Source of the DNA: Elainellaceae cyanobacterium
Lineage (GTDB): Bacteria; Cyanobacteriota; Cyanobacteriia; CAZCXK01
Assembly: GCA_051117555.1 (NCBI GenBank)
Contig: JBNPEG010000185.1
Span: 1 to 10,588 of the forward strand
Length of the DNA stretch: 10,588 nt
Direction: 5' to 3'
Shown: one piece after another, positions 1 through 7,614 of the stretch
Position numbering within the stretch: the stretch's first letter is position 1
How the letters are laid out: every line of letters begins with the position of its first letter
Notes under the pieces: generated by a model
Databases searched by the model: none
Told to the model about the DNA's origin: nothing
What the model saw: the letters and a program-made list of their open reading frames with translations, nothing else
Translations under genes and position numbers: made by a program

Positions 1-995
1 GTATCTCCAGAAAGGGGAGACAGATAAGCAAGGAGCGATCGCAAATTGGGGGTGCTGGCTCCGCTGTCTACATAGACTCTTTCTGATAACTTGGTTAGCC
101 GTTTCCAGGTCGTATAGAGCTTAGCAATCAACTGTTCAAGTTGGGCTGCTTGGCTCACCAGGTCAGCCGTCGAATTTAAGCAGCCTACTCGAAACGCCTC
201 TTCTAAGGCAGACTCTATATCAAGCTCGTCTCGATTGAGCGCTTGTACTTGAGTTGCAGCGTGCAGGTATTTTGCTAGATATCGTGCTTCTGCCGTGGCT
301 TGCTTTAGCGTATCCACGTCGGGCTGCTCGGCAACTTCTGCCTTAATCGTTGTTTGATGCGTTTCTGGCAGCTTTTCCATTTCTCGGACGAAGGGTGCGA
401 GGTAGCGCGTTGGAATCGTGTTATCGGCTGCCTTTTCTCGAACTTCAACTGGAAGCAAGTCGGAGGTCATTGCCGTCCATTCATCCGAAAGTTGCCGCAC
501 GTTGCGACGGGTAATGCGATCGCCCCGTCGAGCGGCATCCCCGACCATCTGCTGCACTTCAGGAGAAGCGTGTGCTGTTTCCACGAAGGCGCGTTTACTA
601 AACTGATTTACGTCTTGTTCGACCAGCACGCCTTCCTGAAGCAGCACATCGGCGCTGTTGGCAAGCTCGATGAGCGAATAGGCTTGGCTTTTACTAATGT
701 CTCGATCCTTGAGCCAGTTTAGGAATCCTGCGCCTCGGCTGTCCCCATTTTTCTTTTCGCGATCGCGCACGGTTCTCAAAATTCGCCCCCGCCAAATGTC
801 GGTTTGCAAATCGAAGCGATCGCACACCTGCCACGCTAGATTTACCTGATGTTGAAACTCAGCATCCGGGATTTGCTGATCATCAGGGTCGGGAAGCTGA
901 AAATTGAGATCAGTCAAGTTGGGATTGAGATCAGCCGCGTTTAATGTCAAAGCCGTATTCGGTAAATCTGCTAGGGATGGTGGAGCTTGAATCAT
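1..995 (-). CDS. Conserved cyanobacterial hypothetical protein, 3'-truncated by the window edge (>=331 codons), with a DUF3102-like N-terminal motif
   Basis: Absent from the ORF track. Manual translation from ATG 995 is open to position 1: MIQAPPSLADLPN...FQLPDPDD...AWQVCDRFDLQTDIWRGRILRTVRDREKKNGDSRGAGFLNWLKDRDISKSQAYSLIELANSAD...FSKRAFVETA...EWTAMTSDLLP...LYTTWKRL...SGASTPNLRSLL. It starts 46 bp after the stop of the upstream same-strand gene. The family resemblance is from memory, not a search. Confidence 0.88.
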   Translation of the reverse strand, partial: MIQAPPSLADLPNTALTLNAADLNPNLTDLNFQLPDPDDQQIPDAEFQHQVNLAWQVCDRFDLQTDIWRGRILRTVRDREKKNGDSRGAGFLNWLKDRDISKSQAYSLIELANSADVLLQEGVLVEQDVNQFSKRAFVETAHASPEVQQMVGDAARRGDRITRRNVRQLSDEWTAMTSDLLPVEVREKAADNTIPTRYLAPFVREMEKLPETHQTTIKAEVAEQPDVDTLKQATAEARYLAKYLHAATQVQALNRDELDIESALEEAFRVGCLNSTADLVSQAAQLEQLIAKLYTTWKRLTKLSERVYVDSGASTPNLRSLLAYLSPLSGD

Positions 996-1041
996 GAGAA
1001 CGCTATATGTAGATATCCGCTCACCATTATGCCACGATTTT

Positions 1042-1542
1042 TTAGCCACCAAGCAAGGCGATGATGCCGCGAAGGATCAAAACCATCAGGGCGATCGCCC
1101 CAATCACCAGAACCGCCAAGATAGTAAACGCGATGATGACGAATTTTTTATCGGCTGCTTTGTCGGGCTGTGGTTTGCTCAAATGGGATTCAAGAAGGGC
1201 AAGATTTTGAGCATTCGCCTTCCACACAAAATCCACCGCATCTCCTAAAAGGGGCACCGTGCCTACTACCGCCTCTAGCACAATATTGAAGACCATGCGA
1301 AATAGGGTCGAGGCAGAGAGCTTAAAGCGCGCCGCTTCTATCACAATGTAGGCAGATAATACCAAACTCAAGACATCTCCTGCACCTGGAATCAACCCTA
1401 AGAGGGGGTCAATTCCGACGCGATAGCTTGAGCCCGGAATGGGAACTGCGTTATCGAGGAGATGCCCTAATGCTCGAATTCGCTTCAGAGCCTTCGCTCT
1501 GCGCAGGGTGGGGGTGTCGTTCTGATCGAGGTCAGATGCCAT
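1042..1542 (-). CDS. DUF4112 domain membrane protein (~166 aa)
   Basis: Carries the family-type motifs LLDNAVPIPG..RVGIDPLLGLIPGAGD and GTVPLLGDAVDFVWKAN, plus a C-terminal hydrophobic helix. I moved the start to ATG 1542 (MASDLDQ) because the track start at 1671 overlaps the upstream gene by 80 bp. Confidence 0.88.
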   Translation of the reverse strand: MASDLDQNDTPTLRRAKALKRIRALGHLLDNAVPIPGSSYRVGIDPLLGLIPGAGDVLSLVLSAYIVIEAARFKLSASTLFRMVFNIVLEAVVGTVPLLGDAVDFVWKANAQNLALLESHLSKPQPDKAADKKFVIIAFTILAVLVIGAIALMVLILRGIIALLGG

Positions 1543-1591
1543 TGCTCTACCAAGCTCACAAAAATTAGCTCTGCTGTTGATTGTGACACAG

Positions 1592-2125
1592 CTAATTTGG
1601 CGTTTGAGTATCGATATACTCCCGCCAGCGAATGATTTGACCGGCTTCAAAATCAATGGCGATCGCATCATCTGCTATAGTTTCATCCCCGGTTTCAGAG
1701 TTGCGATCGCGCCATTGCCATTCAACCACGGCACGATCTCCGTCAATCACAATCTGACGAATCTGGATATCAAGAACGGAATAATCAGCAGCAAACTCTG
1801 CCACCGCTTGACGAATATCAGCAGGCCCCTGCCAGCACTGCCCCGGCACGATAAATTCTCCATCGGCTGCAAATAACTCGGCAAACCGATCCGGATTGCC
1901 CGTGAGCCATGCGTCGCGGGCGTGTCGAATCATGCGACGAATTTCTGGGGGCGACGTAAAACTCTCAGGGTTAGCTGGGGGAGAGGGAGTAGTCATGCTG
2001 GCTAATGCTGACGCATTTGAGTGACGCGGAACTGCCATGACAGCTTGAATGCCAATTAGGGTGACAGAGATGGAAATGCAGCCTATTGCAGTCAAGGCGA
2101 TCGCCCATTTCATTGTCTGCTTCAT
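1592..2125 (-). CDS. NTF2-like/SnoaL-like (SgcJ/EcaC-type) protein with N-terminal signal or membrane anchor
   Basis: 177 aa. The pattern AW..G.PDRFAELFA.DG.F.....QG...I...GDRAVVEW.W...G.IIRWREY.D is typical of SnoaL/NTF2 folds. The N-terminus is a basic then hydrophobic segment followed by a Pro/Ser linker. An alternative ATG lies four codons in. Confidence 0.82.
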   Translation of the reverse strand: MKQTMKWAIALTAIGCISISVTLIGIQAVMAVPRHSNASALASMTTPSPPANPESFTSPPEIRRMIRHARDAWLTGNPDRFAELFAADGEFIVPGQCWQGPADIRQAVAEFAADYSVLDIQIRQIVIDGDRAVVEWQWRDRNSETGDETIADDAIAIDFEAGQIIRWREYIDTQTPN

Positions 2126-2164
2126 TTCAGTAACATAGCGATCCTAGATCGCTTGTGAACTGTG

Positions 2165-2205
2165 TGTGAGCGGTGGGGCGATCGCCGATCGCCCCACCGC
2201 TCACA
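2165..2205. repeat. Perfect 20-bp inverted repeat with 1-nt spacer, centred on HIP1
   Basis: TGTGAGCGGTGGGGCGATCG-C-CGATCGCCCCACCGCTCACA. Arms 2165-2184 and 2186-2205 are exact reverse complements. HIP1 is at 2178-2185. Confidence 0.95.
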
Positions 2206-2386
2206 ACCCATCTGGGATTGCTATCAAGATCGCCTGATCAAAAACATTTATATTTATGTAGAAATGCTGATTTCTTTCTAATCATCAGTAGTTTAGAGTG
2301 CATGCAGATATTCATCAAAACTACACACTCCATCCCAATTTTTACCGTAATTTCTGTCAGAATATCGGTTTAACCGTTACACTGTT

Positions 2387-2403
2387 TAGTATATTTGTAT
2401 TAT
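2387..2403 (+). promoter_or_regulatory. Candidate cyanobacterial LexA-like box overlapping a possible -10 hexamer upstream of smc
   Basis: AGTATATTTGTATT (2388-2401) matches 12/14 positions of the cyanobacterial LexA consensus AGTACWNWTGTACT, with both conserved C positions changed to T. TATTAT at 2398-2403 is -10-like. The AT-rich context raises the chance of a random match. Confidence 0.3.
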
Positions 2404-2421
2404 TAGGTATCCTCGTCGCGA

Positions 2422-5400
2422 GTGTTCATTAAACACGTCGAACTATCTCATTTCAAGTCTTTTGGTGGCACGACGCGGGTTCCACTGCGACCTGGATTTA
2501 CAGTAATTTCTGGGCCAAATGGTTCTGGAAAGTCCAATATTTTAGATGCCTTACTGTTTGCGCTTGGGCTGTCAAGCTCAAAAGGGATGCGGGCAGAGCG
2601 ATTGCCCGATCTGGTTAACCAGAGCCATACCACTCGCAGTCGAGCGACCGTTGAGGCGAGCGTCACCGTCACGTTTGATATTGGAGATGTGCCTCTTGAC
2701 GATGAGGATGAGGATGGAGGTGTTGAAACTAGAGGCATCGAGAATAGTAATGGCGCAATAGGGGACGGTGCGACAGGGAGCGATCGCACCAGTCATCTGA
2801 GCGACTCGTTAGCCGACCCAAATGGGCATACCAATGGGCACGCTAGCGGTCACACCAACGGGCAGCACCCCCCTGAATTGCCAGAACCGCCACCTAATGA
2901 ATGGAAGGTCACGCGCAAACTTCGGGTGACGCAACAAGGCACCTACACATCCACATATTTCATCAACAGTGAACCCTGCACATTAACGCAACTTCACGAA
3001 CAGCTTCAGCGGCTGCGTATTTACCCAGAAGGCTATAACGTTGTGCTTCAGGGGGATGTCACCGGGATTATCTCGATGAATCCGCGTGAGCGGCGAGAAA
3101 TTATTGATGAACTAGCGGGCGTTGCCTCATTTGACCGCAAAATTTCTCAAGCGAAGGAAAAGCTAGATGCGGTGAAGGAGCGGGAAGAGCGGTTTCGCAT
3201 CGTCGAGAAAGAACTGATCGCACAGCGCGATCGCCTGGCACAAGATCGCATTAAAGCTGAGAAATATCAAAAGCTGCGCGAACGGCTACACGATCGCACG
3301 CAATGGGAAGCCGTCTTGGTCTGGCGATCGCATCAGCAACACGTACAAAAATTAATTCAACACATTGAAGCGGGCGATCGCTCGGCATCAGACCTGTCTA
3401 TTCAAATTCAAGACTTGTCAGGTGCGATTCAGCAGGCAAAGGCTGAGCTAGAGCGGCTCAATGCTCATGTCAAAGCGTTGGGTGAAGATGAGCAGCTTGC
3501 CCTACAATCGAAGCTGGCAACTCAAGAAGCCGAACTTCGACAGCTTCAGCGGCGTGAGCACGACATTGCTACGGCTAGTCAAACCACAGCTACGCAAATT
3601 AATCAACTCCAGCGCGACATTCAAGACCAGCAGCACCAGTTGGAGCAACTCGCCCACGAACAGCAGAGCAAGCAGCGCGAATTGGAAAGTCTGCAAGCCG
3701 ATCGAGATCGAGCACGCCATGCATTAAACGAGAGTCGAGACGCGGCGAGTGCGATCGCCTCAGCCTCTGAAAGCTGGGTGCAGGAACAAACCGCTCTACG
3801 CCATCGGGTTGAAGAACTGCTGCACGCCATTGAGCCCAAACGGGCTGAGCTGGTCAGGCTCCAAGAACGAACCGCGCAACTTCACGCTAAACATCAGGAA
3901 CAAACGCAGGCACTTGAGGCGATCGCCCGCGATATTGTCGTTAAGCAAACCCAATGCGCCGACACTCAATCGCAACACAATACCTCGATCGAGCATGTGC
4001 AAAGCCTTGCCCAATCACTCGCAGCCGCTGAGCAAGACCTCCAGATCCAGCAAGAAACCCAGACCCGTCTTCTAAACGAGCAGCGCGAGAAACAACGCCA
4101 GCTTGATAAGCTTGAGGCTCAAACCCAAGCAATGCAAGAGGCGCAGGGCACCCGCGCGACGCAAATTTTGCTGCAAACGGGCTTGCCTGGAGTATGCGGT
4201 CTGGTCGCCCAACTGGGACGGGTTGATCCGCACTATCAGCTCGCCTTAGAAATTTCGGCAGGGGGGCGATTGGGCTATCTTGTCGTTGAAGATGATGGCG
4301 TAGCCGCCGCCGGTATTGAGTTACTCAAACAAAAGCGGGCGGGTCGCGCTACCTTCTTGCCGCTCAACAAAATTCGTTCGCCGCGCGTGTCATTCTTGCC
4401 TCAGTGGAATCGTCCTGAGGGCATGGTCGACTACGCGGTGAATCTGATCGATTGTGACGATCGCTATCGAGACATCTTTGCCTACGTCTTTGGCAATACG
4501 GTAGTTTTTACAAATCTGAGTGACGCTCGCCGCAACCTCGGTCAGTTCCGCATCGTCACCCTCGACGGTGAACTGCTCGAAACCAGTGGTGCCATGACAG
4601 GTGGCAGTCTGGCGGCTCGTCAAGGCTCGCTCCACTTTGGCACAGTCGAAGCCGGAGAGTCGGCGGAGGCGATCGCGCTTCGTCAACGTCTTCAAGAAAT
4701 TGATCACATTCTTGATCGCTGCACTGGGGCGATCGCCCAAGCCACCGTCGATGTCAAAGATCGAGCTAACGCTCTCACCGAGGCACGGCAACACCAGCGA
4801 GAGCTCCAAATTCGTCATGACCAACTTCAATCAGAGCTGCACGCTCTCCAAACCCAGCAGGAGCAGCTTCAGTCGCAACATCATCAACACATGCAAGAAT
4901 TAGCGACTGCCCAGTCCCGACTCCAAACCCTTGAGCACGACCTGCCGCCTCAAGAAGCTGAACTCCAGCACCAGCGGCACGCTCTCGATGAGCTAGAGAA
5001 GTCGCAAACCCATAGTGAGTGGCAGCAGATCCAAGCCCAAATTCGCGACCAAGAAGCTCAGCTTAGCGATCGCCAATTAGCTCTCCGCACAGTCGAACAA
5101 CGATTGCAAGATCTGGAGAACCAGCGCCAGCGCATTCAAGAAAAAATTCTGGACGCTCAGCAGCGACTGCAAGAGGGCCGCGACCAGCAGCGACATCAGC
5201 TTAACCAGCAGTCAGCCGTGAGCGACCAACAAGCGACGCTAAATGGCGAGATTGCACAGACCCAGAGTGCGATCGCCCGTTTAGAACAGACGCTAACGGC
5301 AGAAAAACAAGCGCGCGATCGCGCCGAACGTCAGCTTCGAGACCACCAAAGCCAGCATCAAAATCTAGAATGGCAGCTTCAAAAGCTACGGGAAACTCAA

Positions 5401-6159
5401 CAGGCTCAGCGAGACGACCTCGCAAATCGCCAACAACAGCTTGCCACCCAAGAAGCCGAACTCCCCAATCCTCTGCCTGAGATTCCTGCTGATATGGGTC
5501 TAGAACAGCTTCAACAAGAGTTGCGATCGCTGCAAAAACGACTCCAAGCAATGGAACCCGTTAATATGCTGGCGCTTGACGAATACAACCGCACGCAAGA
5601 GCGGCTTGAAGAACTCAGTCAAAAATTGTCTACTCTCGAAGAAGAGCGAACGGAACTGCTGCTTCGCATCGAAAATTTTACGACTCTTCGTCAGCGCGCA
5701 TTTCGAGAAGCCTTCGATGTCGTCAATCAAAATTTCCAGACGATTTTTGCTGAGCTATCCGATGGAGATGGGTATCTACAGCTTGATGACCTCGACGATC
5801 CATTCAGCAGCGGCTTAAACCTAGTTGCACATCCTAAGGGCAAGCCAGTACGGCGGCTAGCATCCATGTCTGGGGGCGAAAAGTCGCTCACGGCTCTAAG
5901 CTTTATTTTCGCTCTCCAGCGCTATCGACCCTCCCCTTTCTACGCATTCGACGAGGTTGATATGTTCCTGGACGGGGCAAATGTAGAGCGATTAGCTAAA
6001 ATGATTAAACACCAAGCGCAACAGGCGCAGTTTATTGTGGTTAGCTTGCGGCGTCCCATGATCGAATCAGCCGAACGTACAATTGGAGTGACACAAGCAC
6101 GGGGAGCTTATACTCAAGTCTTAGGACTTGATTTGCAACCTCAGCGGGTATCAATGTGA
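2422..6159 (+). CDS. smc: Chromosome segregation/condensin protein SMC
   Basis: 1245 aa, GTG start. Contains FKSF, Walker A GPNGSGKS, Q-loop VVLQG, long coiled coils, hinge (GRATFLPLNKI, GELLETSGAMTGG), signature MSGGEKSL and Walker B/D-loop FYAFDEVDMFLD. Confidence 0.98.
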   Translation: MFIKHVELSHFKSFGGTTRVPLRPGFTVISGPNGSGKSNILDALLFALGLSSSKGMRAERLPDLVNQSHTTRSRATVEASVTVTFDIGDVPLDDEDEDGGVETRGIENSNGAIGDGATGSDRTSHLSDSLADPNGHTNGHASGHTNGQHPPELPEPPPNEWKVTRKLRVTQQGTYTSTYFINSEPCTLTQLHEQLQRLRIYPEGYNVVLQGDVTGIISMNPRERREIIDELAGVASFDRKISQAKEKLDAVKEREERFRIVEKELIAQRDRLAQDRIKAEKYQKLRERLHDRTQWEAVLVWRSHQQHVQKLIQHIEAGDRSASDLSIQIQDLSGAIQQAKAELERLNAHVKALGEDEQLALQSKLATQEAELRQLQRREHDIATASQTTATQINQLQRDIQDQQHQLEQLAHEQQSKQRELESLQADRDRARHALNESRDAASAIASASESWVQEQTALRHRVEELLHAIEPKRAELVRLQERTAQLHAKHQEQTQALEAIARDIVVKQTQCADTQSQHNTSIEHVQSLAQSLAAAEQDLQIQQETQTRLLNEQREKQRQLDKLEAQTQAMQEAQGTRATQILLQTGLPGVCGLVAQLGRVDPHYQLALEISAGGRLGYLVVEDDGVAAAGIELLKQKRAGRATFLPLNKIRSPRVSFLPQWNRPEGMVDYAVNLIDCDDRYRDIFAYVFGNTVVFTNLSDARRNLGQFRIVTLDGELLETSGAMTGGSLAARQGSLHFGTVEAGESAEAIALRQRLQEIDHILDRCTGAIAQATVDVKDRANALTEARQHQRELQIRHDQLQSELHALQTQQEQLQSQHHQHMQELATAQSRLQTLEHDLPPQEAELQHQRHALDELEKSQTHSEWQQIQAQIRDQEAQLSDRQLALRTVEQRLQDLENQRQRIQEKILDAQQRLQEGRDQQRHQLNQQSAVSDQQATLNGEIAQTQSAIARLEQTLTAEKQARDRAERQLRDHQSQHQNLEWQLQKLRETQQAQRDDLANRQQQLATQEAELPNPLPEIPADMGLEQLQQELRSLQKRLQAMEPVNMLALDEYNRTQERLEELSQKLSTLEEERTELLLRIENFTTLRQRAFREAFDVVNQNFQTIFAELSDGDGYLQLDDLDDPFSSGLNLVAHPKGKPVRRLASMSGGEKSLTALSFIFALQRYRPSPFYAFDEVDMFLDGANVERLAKMIKHQAQQAQFIVVSLRRPMIESAERTIGVTQARGAYTQVLGLDLQPQRVSM
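2821..2868 (+). repeat. Degenerate in-frame 12-bp tandem repeat (x4) inside smc
   Basis: aatgggcatacc aatgggcacgct agcggtcacacc aacgggcagcac encodes NGHT-NGHA-SGHT-NGQH. Confidence 0.75.
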
Positions 6160-6268
6160 CTTTCCTAACTAAACGGATTGATATCGACATCTATCGTAAT
6201 ATTAAGTAAGCAGCGACTACAATTCGCACTGTAGATTTCTAAGCTCAATTCCAGAGCAGGACTCGCAC

Positions 6269-7249
6269 ATGACATTTGAACACTATAGCCAACGATCCGA
6301 CCTTCTCGGCACTCAGATCATTACCCGCGACACAGGAAAGCGCCTGGGTGTCGTTAGTCAGCTCTGGGTAGATATTGATCGGCGAGAAGTTGTTGCACTT
6401 GGCTTGCGTGAAAGCATGCTATCTGGAGTGCTCTCGAACGTGCAGCAGACCATGCTGTTGAGCAGCATTCGTCAAATTGGCGATGTTATCCTGGTAGACG
6501 ATGACACCGTCTTAGATGAAGACGTTAATGTTGATGCGTATAGCAGCCTGATTAACTGCGAAGTGATCACAGAGACGGGCGAGTTATTAGGAAAAGTCCG
6601 GGGCTTCAAATTCAATAATCAAGACGGCAAGGTTGCATCCTTGCTGATTGCCTCAATCGGCTATCCTCAAATTCCTGACCAACTGATCAGCACCTACGAA
6701 CTCGCCATTGATGAAGTTGTCAGCAGCGGACCCGATCGCCTTATCGTCTTTGAAAACGCAGAAGACAAGCTGACTCAGGTAACAGTCGGGGTTCTAGAAA
6801 GATTGGGAGTTGGCAGACCGCCCTGGGAGCGAGATGAAGATGATTACTATGTTGCGCCCACGCCTGCCTCTAATCAGTTAAGTTCAGGAACTCGCACCTC
6901 TGCACCCCAGTCCGCTCGTGCATCTGCTCCGGCAGTTCGAGAAACCTGGAGCGAAGATGATTGGGCTGAGACTCAGCGGATGCCGATCGAAGAACCTTTG
7001 AGGCAACGTCAGCCTGAGCCAGTGTATTACGACGACGCCGAGGAAGCGAATTGGGGAGATAACCCTGCTGAAGAATACATCGAAGAAGCGTCATACGAAG
7101 AATATCAAGAGTCTCAGTATGTCGAAGATTATGACGTTGTCGGTGATGCTTGGGAAGATGACGAAAATCCTCAACCATATCAACCCCCCAAGCTGAATAT
7201 TCCCGAGAAGAAAAAAGTTGTGGAATATGAAGAGGAAGCGGATTACTAA
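6269..7249 (+). CDS. PRC-barrel domain protein (two barrels plus acidic low-complexity tail)
   Basis: 326 aa. Two repeats of the PRC-barrel pattern: SDLLGTQIITRDTGKRLGVVSQLWVD...IRQIGDVILV and SSLINCEVITETGELLGKVRGFKFN...VVSSGPDRLIV. The C-terminal ~140 aa are E/D/Y/P-rich. An AGGA lies upstream of the ATG, and the gene starts 109 bp after the smc stop. Confidence 0.88.
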   Translation: MTFEHYSQRSDLLGTQIITRDTGKRLGVVSQLWVDIDRREVVALGLRESMLSGVLSNVQQTMLLSSIRQIGDVILVDDDTVLDEDVNVDAYSSLINCEVITETGELLGKVRGFKFNNQDGKVASLLIASIGYPQIPDQLISTYELAIDEVVSSGPDRLIVFENAEDKLTQVTVGVLERLGVGRPPWERDEDDYYVAPTPASNQLSSGTRTSAPQSARASAPAVRETWSEDDWAETQRMPIEEPLRQRQPEPVYYDDAEEANWGDNPAEEYIEEASYEEYQESQYVEDYDVVGDAWEDDENPQPYQPPKLNIPEKKKVVEYEEEADY

Positions 7250-7348
7250 CTCTCAATTAAATTCAGAATCCAAGTTCTGCCGGTGAGAATACCCTCGATT
7301 TGGAACTGGACTTAATAGAAGCGTTTGCTTGCTACGTATCAACTTTCA

Positions 7349-7391
7349 TGCAAAACCAAGTTGCAGTAGGTCATCCTGATTTTGCAAAATC
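7349..7391. repeat. Overlapping inverted repeats in the intergenic spacer
   Basis: TGCAAAACCAAGTTG (7349-7363) pairs 12/15 with CATCCTGATTTTGCA (7372-7386). This overlaps the perfect 14-bp palindrome GATTTTGCAAAATC (7378-7391). Confidence 0.65.
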
Positions 7392-7614
7392 GCTTGAACC
7401 TGTGTTAACGAACACGAATTAAACGACCTGTTTTAATCATCGAGAATGAGATGAGGGAGTCTCTAGATGACATCGTTGGATGATTGCTGTTCTCCAAATA
7501 ACCAATGCCTTAATAGGCTTAGCTCTCTTACGTAGCTACGGTCAAATTGATTAGTCTACTGTTTCGCAAATACCGAGAATCTAGAAGTATTGCGCCTGTT
7601 CCCCGAGGTAACTA

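Noticed and set aside
354..722. Plus-strand ORFs 354-722 and 418-606
   Set aside because: Antisense shadows of the long minus-strand gene at 1-995, with no recognisable motifs.
903..934. Direct repeat ATTGAGATCAG at 903-913 and 924-934
   Set aside because: In-frame (21-bp period) within the variable N-terminus, encoding DLN twice. Probably a trivial coding duplication.
994..1876. Plus-strand ORFs 994-1248 and 1577-1876, and the 1671 start for DUF4112
   Set aside because: The ORFs are antisense to well-supported genes, and the extended start overlaps the upstream CDS.
2173..2373. 66-aa ORF in the divergent spacer
   Set aside because: Starts inside the palindrome, runs through AT-rich promoter-like DNA and has no protein-like features.
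2448..5818. Many short ORFs overlapping smc on both strands
   Set aside because: Alternative-frame or antisense shadows of a strongly supported gene.
2422..6159. SMC as a Wadjet/MksB, SbcC or RecN-type defence or repair ATPase
   Set aside because: It has a canonical SMC hinge and housekeeping motifs, and there are no jetABD, mksEFG or sbcD neighbours.
6206..6220. NtcA-like site upstream of the PRC-barrel gene
   Set aside because: Spacing is GTA-N9-TAC rather than the required GTA-N8-TAC.
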